A stretch of 60,507 nt of DNA, filler included, from Hausera hauseri (taxonomy: Eukaryota): NCBI GenBank assembly GCA_046269625.1. It is 12 parts of 12 records of this genome, joined end to end, with 100 filler letters (N's around TTAATTAATTAA, not from the genome) between each part and the next. Parts side by side here need not be neighbours in the genome. Positions count along the whole stretch, not along the records: positions 19,976 to 24,408 come from JBJURY010583778.1; positions 24,509 to 29,415 come from JBJURY010395145.1; positions 29,516 to 34,223 come from JBJURY010466690.1; 9 more parts are not named here. One strand, written 5' to 3'. This document shows, piece after piece, positions 21,503-34,323 of this stretch. The notes beneath the pieces were generated by a model that was not told the DNA's origin, ran no database searches, and saw only the letters and a program-made list of their open reading frames with translations. The first letter of the stretch is position 1; every line of letters starts with the position of its first letter. Position numbers and translations under genes: made by a program.

Positions 21503-24408
21503 ATTGGCAATACTGCTCAGTCTTCTGGCCGTCTTAACACCGCCTCCGCAGTTTTTCTGTTAAAAGCTATACTGTTCTCTAGAAATGCTCCACGTATCGA
21601 TTTCCTCATCGATTCAGGAGCTGCCTTTTCACTCCTCTTTTTGTTCTTCGTCTCTACATCAACGGCAGTTTCTTCTCCACCGCTTTTCACTGCCAGTGAT
21701 TAACCTTTGAGAATCGCAGGTACCACGGAACTGGTTTTTACATTTTCAAACTTACCAGGCTAGTTTGTCTGGAAATTCCACGTGGCCAATATTAAATCGC
21801 CAATAATCGGCTCAGATTTTTTGGCCGCACACCACCTGCTAGTTGACTGTAAGTATGGCTGTTTGCTACGTAGAGACACCGTCGTGAACGTTAACAATTG
21901 ACTAACACACAGCTCAACAGGCCAATCGTCTGCGAACTCACACGTGAATTTGGCAAATTGCTCGTCGGTTGATAACGATGTATTTAGTAGTTTATCTATT
22001 TTCTTAATTACAACTCAAATATCAAAGTCGATTTTAAAACAGTCGGTTAAACCGAATATTGACGGCGTTGACGTCGTTCATTCTTCGCCAATCACTGTCA
22101 CCGCCTCCTCTAATAATACGCCTCAATCATTTTTATCACTAGATTCCAATCTCAAATCCTACATTATTTCTTCTTGTTTTCGCATACTCAAAAAGGACTC
22201 TAGTTTTAAGCCACCATCAACAACTTATCACCACATTGTCACCCAACACCAAAAACCTATCAGACAAAAGGTGAGACCATTATCGCATCGTAGACGAAAA
22301 GCCGTGGAATTAGAGTTTAACGAACTCGAAAAATCTGGTATCATTCGGAGGTCCAAATCACCATGGGCTTCACCATTGCATGTAGTAGCACAAAAGGACG
22401 GTACTTTTCGACCATGTGGCGACTACCGTCAAGTAAACAATCTAACCATCATGGATGCTTACCCATTACAGCTCATAAAATACATCCTGCACAGTCTTAA
22501 CAACACCAATACGTATTACACAATAGATCTGCGTAAAGCCTACGATCAAATTCCCGTTGCACCCGATGACATTCCAAAGACTGCTGTAATCACTCTATTT
22601 GTCCTTTACGAATACATCTTTATGCCATTCGGTTTACGTAATGCAGCCCAAACTTTTCAACGCCACATCGACACCGTTTTTTCAGGCCTTGATTTTGATC
22701 ATCCTTATATCGATGACATATTAGTTGACTCCAATTCCATGAAACAACACCATGAATATCTCCAAATTATTTTTCACAGATTACATCATAGGAACTTACA
22801 AGTTAACGTCTCCAAGTGCAACTTCTTTCGGAAACGTGTCAATTTCTTAGGCCACATCATCACTACTCACGGCCACTCTCCACAACCTAATCGACTACAG
22901 CAATTGAAAAATGTAATATTACGAACGACTACTACAGATATAAGAAGTTTTCTTGGCACACTACATTTCGTTTACAAATACATACCGCATTGGTCTGAGC
23001 TTACAGCACCTTTCGCACACCTCTCATCTGGAAAGAAAAGACAGTTAGTCCAATGGACTCCCGATTTAATCATCAAATTCGATCACTTACATGAAGGCCT
23101 AAAAACCGTCGAAATACTGGCTATTCAAAACTCGACGCGGAGCTAATACTTACCACCGATGCCTCTACCACAGCTACTGGTGCAATACTACACCAGATTT
23201 CCAACGGTGTCGATGAACCTTTGGAATTTTAATCTCGAAAACTCACACAACCAAAAAGCCGGTATTCAACATTTGATCGTGAGCTATTAGCCATAGTTCT
23301 GGCAGTAAAACATTTTAAGCATCTTCTCCACTCTCGTCCATTTATCATCCAAACGGATCACAAGCCTCTGCAGCACATAATGTCACTAAAACAGCCATCA
23401 CCGAGGCAGAAACGACAGATATAGTACCTATCTACATTTAGTTTTGTCATAAAATATATTTCGAGTGCTGAGAATTTGGTCGTGGATTTCCTGTCGCGGT
23501 GGATCTGCTTAATTACGACTGAACCAATATTTTCTACCGAAATTCTAAAGCTTAATTAGCCGTCTGCTGATATTCTTAACTCTTTCAAATCCTTCGAAAT
23601 CATTGATGGCACTGCATGCGATACATCTAACACCGGTAAAAAAATCATTCTCGCTCCTTCTTTACAGAAACTAGCTTTCCTTCACACGCATTCACTTCAT
23701 CATCCAGGTTCAAAAGCCACGTTTCGCTTGCTCCAACGTCATACAGTTTGGCCATCAATGCGCACAGATGTACAGAATTGGGTTAATAAATGCGTCGCCT
23801 GTCAAAAATACATCTTAAACCGCCGCTTTACCATTTCCCATGTACATCACTTTTTCATACCGTCCATCTTGATCTCGTTGGACCCTTGCCTTTTGATAAC
23901 GGGTACCAACATATTCTCACTATGATGGATCGTGCTTATGGCTGGCCTGAAGCCGCTCCTCTCCGCTCAACAAACACTGATTCAGTAGCAGATGCCTTCA
24001 TTAAAATCTGAATCAGTCGTTTTGGATCCCCACGGTACATCATAACGGACCAAGGTCCGCAGTTTGAATCAGAACTCTTTAAATCGCTTGATAAACGCTT
24101 GGGGATATCACATTTCCATACAACACCGTATCATCCACAATCAAATGGCCTTCTTGAAAGGTTCCATCGAACAATGAAACTTTCTGTAAAAATTTTGGCA
24201 GACAATCATCGCAATTGGACGTCCATCCTACCGTTTGTTCTATTCGGGTGGCGCAACACTCCTTCCACCACCACGGGTTATGCTCCAGCCGAGGCACTTT
24301 TAAAACTCCAATACGGGCTCTGTTCGAACTTTCCGACCTCGACGAAAATTCGACAGACGAAAACATTCGCGCGGCACAGTCTCACTTTGTTGAGTTCAGC
24401 TCAGACTC
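21471..24408 (+). pseudogene. pol: pol of element B (PR-RT-RH-INT)
   Basis: ORFs 21944-23146, 23728-24011 and 24099 onward, plus intervening stop-interrupted frames. Confidence 0.95.
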
Positions 24409-25309
24409 NNNNNNNNNNNNNNNNNNNNNNNNNNNNNNNNNNNNNNNNNNNNTTAATTAATTAANNNNNNNNNNNNNNNNNNNNNNNNNNNNNNNNNNNN
24501 NNNNNNNNCATTAAATTAACTTTGATAGATTTCAGCTTATTCCGAGTCCAGAAAATTCTGCAATGTATTTTGTCCTGTTGCAGGTAGCACAAATTTTCTC
24601 ATCCCACTTTTGAAAGCAACGCCATTAGGATGTCTGTGTCGTCCTTGCTTAACTCCTGCGGTCAAAGTGACACTAGAGCGCTTTCGGCATCCTCCATTTT
24701 ATATTGCTGCACTGGTTGATTGCCCATTATCAATATTCTATCTGAAGAATTTCATTGCCATCTCCACCAACTCCTTTTAATTCTAAAAATTTGTCTTTTC
24801 TTTTGAGAGAAAGCAGAGGTGGTATTGATACTGCTTGAAAAAATCTGAATAAGTAACCCCCGCGACAGTTTCACAGAATGGACATGTATAATAATTGGAG
24901 CGACAAAACGAAACACCATAATATTTTTCCATTGTTTTGTAACAATTCTCTTAATTGTGCACTGCAGAAGTAGAGTATTTGTAAAGTTGACGTATCTAAA
25001 ATAATTAATGTAAAACACGAAAGTTGCTTAAAGCAATATTTACATTTGACGTTGTTTTTCGAAAGAAAATTAAAACTATTTTAAGTTTACATTTATAGAT
25101 AATGTTGAGTGTGCATAGATGTATTTAAAACATAATGTGTTACTTATTTTAATGTAAGCACACCTTAAGTCATGTTCACACACCCAAAATCATAACTGCA
25201 CACACCTAACATCATGTGCGTACGCACACTAATACTCATGCGTGTGCACAACTAAACGACATATAAGTGAGTGTTTTTGATTCTATTGTCACTTTTTTCA
25301 GCGCTCAAA

Positions 25310-26456
25310 AATGAACACGCAAATGTTGGAAGAAGAATTGATTGTCGCAGCAACGCAATTGGAATAGAAACCAAAAGGAAATACCAGAAAGCAATCAGAT
25401 TTCGATTTGGACAACGCTCAGATCAGTCCAGAGGACAGTGCCATATTCAGAAGGAAGCAAATTGGACAATGCAGAAGGTAAATGGGACAAATTGAACAAA
25501 CCGAAGGACAGTTCCAAAGAAGAAAATTCAATTGTCCAAAAAGTGCGCAAAGATCTTGCACTCAGTCAAGATTCCAGTGATAAATACTTGTCGGACACAA
25601 GTTAGGTAATAGTCAAGTGGAATCAGGCACGTCAAATGTCTAATCATATGAAGAAAATTGCCACGGAAATAAAAGAAAACACAAAGGTCATCAAAAGGCC
25701 ACTAGGTACAGAAATGGGGAAGCCTAGGGGAACAAAGCGGAGGCTAGAGCTATTAGTCAAAGCTTTAGAAGGAGACTATTCAGATGACACTAGATAGGTA
25801 TGCCAGACAAAATGAGAGAAATAATAGAAATAACGATCGGAATGATCGCAACGATAGAAACAGAAATGATAATCGTAACCGAGATAATAGGCGATTTAAT
25901 AACAGTAATAAAAGTTAAAATAATAGAAACGAGAACTGTAATAATGATAGTAGAAGCAACCCATACGATAATAAAAATTACGCTAATAACCGAAGTGAGA
26001 ATAATTCGACTAGTAAATCAAACTATAATGCAGGTAGGAATCAAAATAGTTATTGAGGCTCAGGTAATAGAAATCTGTGTAATGATAACAAAAATAACGA
26101 GAGCCGACATAATTGGGATAATAGACAAGTTCAGTCGAGTCAGAACAATAATAGAAATGAGTAGATCGAAGTCGCCTTTAAATTAAGATGGTCGACCTAG
26201 AATCGGCAGGAATGTGAATTTAATCTGCTATAAATGTGGTCAAGGACATATAGCGAGACCATGCCCAGACCCGCGAAGTGTTTCGTTTGTTAAATCTAGT
26301 AAAAGCAGTTTAATTATAACTAATAGGAATTTAGAAGAAACCTACGACATCCATGGTGATACAGGTATGGTTGTTGGAATACAGTATTTACGACGGTTTA
26401 TAAAAAGTCAAGGCGACACAAACAATTCAAAAGTTTTAATAACTAGAAACGAATGA
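25310..26456 (+). pseudogene. Highly decayed gag-like remnant of another LTR element (Asn/Arg/Asp-rich region and CCHC knuckle)
   Basis: NRNNDRNDRNDRNRNDNRNRD low-complexity run followed by CYKCGQ-GHIARPCP at about 26226-26267. Confidence 0.55.
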
Positions 26457-27619
26457 GCACAAGGTACGATTACTAGAAGTTTATCACGGTCTCAGAGAAC
26501 TGGAAACTGAATATGAGCACTCTATAGCTGTACAAAAACGGATTGATATGGTACGTAAAAAGAATGTTCCTATAGTTAATAAAGTAGCTGATAAAACAGA
26601 ATAACTAAAAACCTCTGTCGATGTAGACTAAAATGTAGAGCCTGAATATACAACTGAAAACGTGAATAAAATAATTGAAGCCTATGTAGCTGAAAGAGTT
26701 TATGGAACCACTAATACTTAAAATAACGAAAGATAGAGTTCGAAGTCCATCAATTAAACGGGAACGTAAAGACCGCTCACGATCCTCAATGACTAAAGAG
26801 AATTCAGAAAAAAACAAGAGACTGAAATCGTTACAGAAAACGACGTAGAACTCAGTCTAAATACGCCGATTATGGTTGAGAAATCAACTGAATCAGTAAA
26901 CGAGATAAACGGCATATGCCCACTGCCTCCGAATGAATATGAGAAGGAACAAATTTAAAAATTCGACAAAAATGTGGAAACTCAGAAAGTAATGGAGAAA
27001 TGCTGACGAATTGAGAGAAATCAGAAACACCCCGATGAAACAATACGACAAACATAAAAAACTTAGAAGGATAACGAAACAAGTAGATATTTCTGGCAAG
27101 GAAGAGCAGGTCGCTGAAAGAATGCATAAGAAGGTAATGTTGTTTCGGTGAGCCCCAAATAACACCCTAACTATAACAGTAACTTCAAACTGAAGATAAG
27201 TTAAAATGCAGGAACGGATTGACGTTCAATCGATTTGTGTCTACAATTTATTGTGCGGCTACATTATGAGACAACACTTATTGCCGTTAAATAAATTCTC
27301 GTACCTAACCATTTAAGTTTACACTTGAGTATTAAAACTTAATGACACGAAACCCTCCTTAATGGACAGTGGAAACTATTGAAAGATTTTGAAGAACAAA
27401 ATATATTGGTTAACCCCAATAACAAATACTTCTCTGATTTTTCACGAAATATGATTTAATATAGTAATCGACAAATTTCCTTCTGGAATCAATCGCCCGG
27501 TTTCAGTGTTTTCCTTGAATATCCTTTTGATTATTCTGCTCTTGACTGCAAGTATTACTTGAATTTCTGACTCTCCAAATATTCTCACTAACTTATTATG
27601 AAGTCAGTTTACATAGTGC

Positions 27620-28075
27620 AATAGTTGGTGGGCGTGGCCTAATTTCTCAACAGCGCCCCCTAGAATATTTTAAATGATCAGTCCAAAGCCATGCTTTAAC
27701 CTAGAATTATGAAACTTGGTACACATGTATCTTGTCAGGTCCTACAAAAACGTTTCTTGGAACCATGGTCCAAACCCAACAGGAAGTCGGCCATTTTGGA
27801 TCAAAGCCGTCATTTCCTCTTTTTTATAGACGTCGTATTTGATCGAACTCGTCCTACAGTTTTTCAGATAGAGACTTCAGAATCACTCATCACACTCTTG
27901 AGGCATTGAAGGTCAAAAGTTATCACAGGATTTTTTGTACATCAAAGCATGTGGGCGTGGCTAAGTGTCAAACTTTGACTAATCGCCATGAAACATCAAG
28001 GTTAAATAACTTCCCGATGAAAGGTCACAGCTGCATCAGACTTTCCATGTCCCATTATAGACATGGAAATTCTAT
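27620..28075. mobile_element. Non-autonomous repeat resembling teleost Helitron/Helentron-associated elements
   Basis: Motifs GGGCGTGGCCTA, CAGCGCCCCCTAG, ATGAAACTTGGTACAC and CCCAACAGGAAGTCGGCCATTTTG, which I recognise from fish repeats. Not verified by search. Confidence 0.55.
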
Positions 28076-28967
28076 AAATTCTCTCTTTTTTGTGTTTTTT
28101 TAACAATGTTTTATTTTATTTTCAATACAAAGATTCACTAATTTTGCTTAAGGGCACTACACACTTCAGAAGTGTGAAGTTATTTCAGTAATTCGCCAGC
28201 AGATGTCAGTGTTGCTCCAAAAATAACAAGACATGAACCGGTAAATGGAGTTAACCTACAGCAGTATCTCGACAGTAGGAGTCAGTGACACTCCACCACT
28301 GACAGAGATTGAGGGGGAAACTGGGTTTTCAGAGAAATAAATTGCATTGGTCTGTAATATGAACTGACAAAAGGTGAAGTGATGAGATCCAACAGATTGT
28401 TACCCGTTTTTTCTGCTGGATTTCTTGCTATTATTCTATGATTCTAATGAGCTGAATGCTGTTCCAACAGACACAAAATGAGATGATGATTAAATCTGTG
28501 ATTTTTTTACCTCTGGCTGAATGCGTGAACGTGTCTAAATAGCAAATAGAAATGCTCACCATTCTACATTACTCTAATTGATAGATGCATCATTTGATTT
28601 GCATCAGACTTTTCATGATTGTGTATGGTGACGCTCTAAACAGCTCAATGGCATTATGTAGTAATTTTACTGCACTGCGACCGCTAGGTTAGTCCACAAG
28701 TTCAATCTATTCGCTGCATAAGCCGATCTGCGGCGGGTTTTTGTGCATTGTGAGAAATGCTGAACATGACATGATGAGAAGCGCCAAGCGGACAGGTTCG
28801 GCTTCTCAGTGAGAGGTTGGCGGTGGCTGGGGGGAGGCGGTGCTGGGGGAGGCAGAGGCTTAGGCCTGAGCGGCGCTTGGCTGCGAGGGCAGCTCGAGGC
28901 TCCGCGGAGCTTTAATTTTTATTCCTTCTGTGCGTCTTTGGGAGAGACTCTGTGACAGTTAGCAGCG

Positions 28968-29277
28968 ATTTCCTAACTGTGGCTAAAGCTACTGCTAGCT
29001 GGTTTACTCATGATCGGAGGCTGGTTCCTTTGAATACAGTTGGAGAATGGTAGATTGACAATGACTAATAGCGGTTATCTAACACGTAAACACTGTTTTA
29101 TAAAATACAGAAAGTGAACCTCTAAACGTTACAACACTGACATACTTTTTCCTAACTGTGGCTAAAGCTGCTGCTAGCTGGTTTACTCTCCGATCGGAGG
29201 CCGTTTATTTTATACACAGTTAGAGAATGGTGAATTGACAGTGAGTAATACAGCTATCTAACACTTAAATGCTGTTA
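28968..29277. repeat. Direct duplication, ~130 bp at 180-bp period
   Basis: TTTCCTAACTGTGGCTAAAGCT(A/G)CTGCTAGCTGGTTTACTC...ATCTAACAC at 28968 and 29148. Confidence 0.85.
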
Positions 29278-29515
29278 TTATTAAACTTGCCTTTTATTAT
29301 ATCCTTAAGATTATGAGAATGCGGGAATTTTTCAGTTTAGATCCCAAGGCAAAATCACACCGGAAGTTAAGATACCCAGCTTTGAGTTATGGCGGCCATT
29401 GTCTGACGTCACTGTNNNNNNNNNNNNNNNNNNNNNNNNNNNNNNNNNNNNNNNNNNNNTTAATTAATTAANNNNNNNNNNNNNNNNNNNNNNNNNNNNN
29501 NNNNNNNNNNNNNNN

Positions 29516-29779
29516 GGAGACACACAGGATGTCACGGTACAGACTGAGGCTAAAAGAAGAGGACGACCGAAAGGAACCAAAATAAGTGACATTCAAAATA
29601 AAAGAGATAGAAATGAAGAGATTATGCGACGTTTGTTGTTGGCAGGAACAGATACTACGCCAGAAGCTATAGACATAAATCCATTGTTAAGAACGTTGTT
29701 ATCAAAACTACATACATCATTTGCTTCGTTCGATCTGCAACTGACGATTCCTGATGAACTGTTCCAGTTACCACGTTAG
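29516..29779 (+). CDS. 3' end of an ORF with an AT-hook motif (5' truncated by contig edge)
   Basis: GDTQDVTVQTEAKRRGRPKGTKISD...ELFQLPR*, an open 87-codon frame; KRRGRPKG is a canonical AT-hook. Confidence 0.5.
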   Translation, partial: GDTQDVTVQTEAKRRGRPKGTKISDIQNKRDRNEEIMRRLLLAGTDTTPEAIDINPLLRTLLSKLHTSFASFDLQLTIPDELFQLPR

Positions 29780-32004
29780 ACTTACGAACTGTTTCAACGA
29801 AACTGCATCCCCTAACTACAACAGTTAAATTTACACCTAATCAACGTTTATTAAATTCAGCAATACGTAGACGCAATGCAACAAGCTTTATAACTTCTAA
29901 ATCTTTGGAATAGCCCATATCATTCGTTTCAAATGTTTAAAATTTGAAACAAAAGTTTGCTTTCCATTTTTTTCACTTATACCTCCTCAAACAACTAGTG
30001 CGCTTGTAAAATCAACAAAAACCTCGTTTGCTCTCTTTTACATATGGGTTGTTGTAATCATCGCTTCAGGCATAGTAATAGTAGTGTGCTTTCCCACGCC
30101 ATATATTTTAAAAGATCAAAATAAAATTCTACGCGGAGTATCTTAACTTATATGAAAATATACCACAGTACGACATCAACCTTAATTTAAACTATTTTGC
30201 GCCAATTGAGATACCCTATAGATTAAACAATGAGTGTTATGATGTTATATTATGACAATTAAAGTTGGCCTTGGCTTATCGTCTTCAGGCATGGGCCTAT
30301 GTTTCTAATGCCCATTTTTATATTTTAGAAATTAATACCGACAACCATCTAGTCCCAGTGTCAGAAATCATCAATAGTGGTATTCAGTTCCCCATGGGTG
30401 CGGATTTTGATAATCAAGAAAGTTGGAGACAATCTACTGTTCGTGTAGAAAGTGACTGTGTGTCCGTTGATCGCACCTTCTCTGATGTACAACCACCCTT
30501 ACTTTTACTACCAAGTGATTCCTCTTTGTCCTTTGAAACATCACATTTTTGTACCAGTGTCCACCAATTCGTAATATTGGTCAAAGTTTACAATTTTCCA
30601 ACTTGCAATAAATGCCCCGTTTACTTCTTTTTTACCCAATAAAGTATCTATCCTTTTTCATACTGAAGTTCTACGCTACCGCTCTGTTTATCGGTCACTA
30701 CGCATGGATACTTCCTTACAAACTTCGGCCCTCCGTTATCTATCTGTCTTCCTAATCCCTAATAAATATAAGGGTAACAGTTTACGTAACCAATGTATCC
30801 TAATCACGTATTGGCCTTACAAATATGGACCATACTCTTTACGCAAAATATTAGAGCTTCAATTCGCTATTTCGGATTTTTCAAAGCAACCTCAAAATTT
30901 CTTGCTAACTGTTGTTTGGGATCCCTTACAATTAAAATTAATAGACCACCTCTTCCTATTTTTAAAGTATATTTAACGTCCTACAAATCTCTTCTTTTTA
31001 CAGCAGATGTATGACATTCGACGACATTTAATATTTTATTCAAGGAGGCAACAATTTGTTACCTTCAATTGGAATATATGAATACTCCTGTGTGATGTCA
31101 ATACTTTAATAACTCCCTTAATGGAAAAATTTTGTTACATGATTTGGATTGGTTACCCCAGCCCGTAGACTCATGTGTTCATTCATACGTTTGGGTTCTC
31201 CATTCTCAACCAGTTCAACCCTTACTATTTGCCGGATATGCCCTTACTTTTCAGGTACCCTACCTTTGATTATTCAAATCGTTCTTGCTGAGTTGTCTAC
31301 ATATCCTGATAAGGCACTTATTATACGTTATAAATCATACATATACCCTAGAGAAAAAATCGACAATATCGACAAGCACTGTCATAATATATCCCTTGAC
31401 AATATCAACTATTCTCCGGATTTTCCCTTCTGTAGAGCCCATATCCAACAAGCTATATATAGCAAGGTCCTGGTTACCTTTGACCCTCAAGTTTTCCTTA
31501 CTTTGTGGCACTAACCCCAAACATGACTGCTAGGCTACATTGATTTTAATTATAGTCGCCACGAATTCACATCTTTTTCTTCCATTTTCAAATCATCTGA
31601 ATATTTTATACCGCAAAAATGGACGCTGAATATATGACATTTATCGCCCATGACGTATATAAAGAGAGACGTCGCCTTAACTGGCTTTTAACCCCTTGGC
31701 GTCCCCGACTGTTACTTAACTTGATAACAAATACGTCGCATAGACTCCTTTCTGCAATTACTCCCTGCTCTTGGTCTCATTTTTCCTTTCTAGAAAATCC
31801 ACCTTTTGACAATAATTCCACGCCTTCTCGAGTACCAACCGACGCCGACAGTCAGTTTCATAGTGCGAATCTACTTACAAAACAATTCGACCAGTCATCA
31901 AATGACACAGTACCATGGACAGATTCAATCGTATTAGATAATCCGTAGTTACGTGTATAATTCAATTACAGCAGTTATAATTATTCCGACTCAATCTCGA
32001 TGCT

Positions 32005-32882
32005 TGTTACGTATCGCCAGTGGAAGGCGCTAACTTAGATCCGTCCTTATGTTCAGGACAAAATTAATTAAATCTCTTTCGAGTTATTGTCTCGGAGTAA
32101 TTTCCTTTTAATTAACTGTAAATTGACAGAAGCGATTGCATAGTTATTGTTCTATTTGATGATTAATCTATGTAATAATTGTTGTGTTTTGTTTTCCTTT
32201 TTATCTCAATGTACTATGTACAACCTGATTACACTCACAAAAATAAATATTTGCAGATATTGTCGTGCTTGAATAATAAAGGAAGTTTCGCCGTTCTTTA
32301 AAAATTGGTCTTAGTAACCTGCTTGCTTGAAAATTCAACTAGTGTGGTATAATTATTGTTCTGTTTTGTTTTTTTTTAGACTGTAATTGTCGGTTTTATT
32401 TGGAAGGGTAAATATTAAAGCCATTAAAATTAGTTAACTAAAAATCGACTGATTGATTGGGTCTGGGAGTGGACCATTCGGCGAACGTCTACCTCTAGCA
32501 CCCTTGTCTTGTTAAATTTGTGTGTTGATAAACTTTAATTACAAAGGAAAGAAAAGACAATAAAACTAAATCGGCTATTTCTTGGGGAAATTCCGTTGCA
32601 GGCGTAAATCAAGGACTAGCAGAGTTAACTGTTTCATTTTTTATTAAAAAAGACATTTCCGAGCAGCTTGGATATAGCCTTCGTAAAACACTGCAATTGC
32701 TTAGGATGCCCTCCGTTTTCTGAAATAGTTCTTGTGATTGTGGAGGGTCTTGAGTTAGTTGATTTGAGAGTCCTTCGATAGATTTTCGTTGAATAAAAAT
32801 TGACTACGTTAATAAATTATTTCCGTAAATCGTGATTAAACCAAAAGAGACATTGTGCAATAAATAACTGTTTAAAGCAACA
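32005..32882 (+). repeat. Putative 5' LTR (~878 bp) of a gypsy element
   Basis: TGTTAC...GCAACA termini with internal AATAAA, followed within 6 nt by a PBS and then gag. The left boundary is less certain than the right. Confidence 0.55.
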
Positions 32883-32888
32883 TAAATT

Positions 32889-32899
32889 TGGTGACCACG
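32889..32899 (+). promoter_or_regulatory. Primer-binding site, tRNA-Trp-like
   Basis: TGGTGACCACG versus the canonical Trp PBS TGGTGACCCCG, just after the LTR-terminal CA. Confidence 0.65.
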
Positions 32900-33060
32900 C
32901 CAGGGCCCGATTTTCGTGTTTAAAAATTTTTGGTCTGGCTATTAAGCTGAATAAGTTATTAGACGAGAAGATAGTTGTAAGCGAAAACACTATAAGAAAA
33001 GTTATTGAGTATAGTGTTGTCACACCTACAGAAGAGTTTAAACATTCGCAAGTGAAGAGA

Positions 33061-34223
33061 ATGTCCACATTTGCAAACCTAAATTTAGGACGCTACTGGG
33101 AAGAAACTACGGAGTTTGATGATTTTATGTTAGTATACGCGGCACAAGCAGACGGACTAGAATGGAACGATAAGGAGAAAATTAAGTGTCTAGTCGCACA
33201 TTTGGAAGAAATCGCGTTACAAGCTTACTTGCAAATTGAGGAGAAAGAGAAAATGAATTGGGCCAAATTTGTCGATGTACTTAGAAGAAACTTGCATCCT
33301 GACCCATCCTCCAATGCAAAACTAAGAAGTGTACTGTCTAGAGTCCAACTACCTGGAGAGTCAGTTAATAAATTTGCTTTTGCCCTTCAACTACTTGGTA
33401 AACGATATAAGGAGGCATTGGAGAAGGAAGATACTGCGAGAAATGATAAAGGTGCACCTAAGGTTTTTGCAATGCAGCCAATTTTGATAGATTGCTTTAT
33501 CACTAGACGTACTAGTTCTAAACTGCAAAGACAACTAATTGAAAGTTAAATCACCACAATAAGTGACTTAATTAGAAAAGCTATTAACTTTGAAAATGTG
33601 GAAAATAAATTTAACCAAATAAATCAAAAATCATTAAATAATAATCAAATTTCAAGAAATAATTTTAAACCTCAAAATTCAAACAGAAATTTTAGGCCAA
33701 ATAACCAAATGTGGCAAACGCCATCGTGGTCATATGGACAGGCCGGTTGGCAAGTGCCACCCCGTTGGAATGTTGATACGAACCATAATGTTAATCAAAA
33801 TTTGTTTCCTAATATTGACCCAAATAGCGTAAAATCACCTGGCGGAGCAAATCTACAACCACAAAGAATGGGCACCCCTATTAAAGACATGACTGCTGGA
33901 GCAAATCTGAACAGAACACAATGGATCAACCCTCCAGATCAGCAAAAACGATATCCTCTCCGATCACAAACTATGCGGCAACAAGCAATGGCATTAGAAA
34001 GAGATAAAGTCAACTACAGAGGATCAATCCAGTGTAACCAATGCAAGGAATTTGGACATATTGCCAAGTCTTGCCCAGAAGTTAAAAGAATGCCGGTATT
34101 AATGCCACCTTATATTCAACAACCTAAGCAGTGCAATATTTGTGCACAATGGGGAAATGTATCTCTAAACTGTCCAACCCAGGTAAGTATGATGAATGAA
34201 AATAAGTTTTGCTATCATTGCAA
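33061..34223 (+). pseudogene. gag: Ty3/gypsy gag (retrotransposon capsid domain and up to three CCHC knuckles), truncated by contig end
   Basis: W.D.EK...HL...A...W..F...L...RVQLPGESVNKFAFAL; CNQCKEFGHIAKSC, CNICAQWGNVSLNC, CYHC. One in-frame stop at 33547. Confidence 0.9.
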
Positions 34224-34323
34224 NNNNNNNNNNNNNNNNNNNNNNNNNNNNNNNNNNNNNNNNNNNNTTAATTAATTAANNNNNNNNNNNNNNNNNNNNN
34301 NNNNNNNNNNNNNNNNNNNNNNN

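Larger units (their letters stand above)
20192..24408 (+). mobile_element. Ty3/gypsy LTR retrotransposon, CsRN1/Kabuki-like lineage (element B), decayed, 3' end cut by contig end
   Basis: Short 5' LTR, gag with CFYHEIFRKSAEKCLLGC knuckle, protease DFLIDSGAAFSL (~21599), RT (SPWASPLHVV, RPCGDYR, YIDD), RNase H (TDAS, YSTFDRELLAI, TDHKPL) and integrase (HHPG...CVAC, HLDLVGP, TDQGPQF, YHPQSNGLLERFH). Confidence 0.95.
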
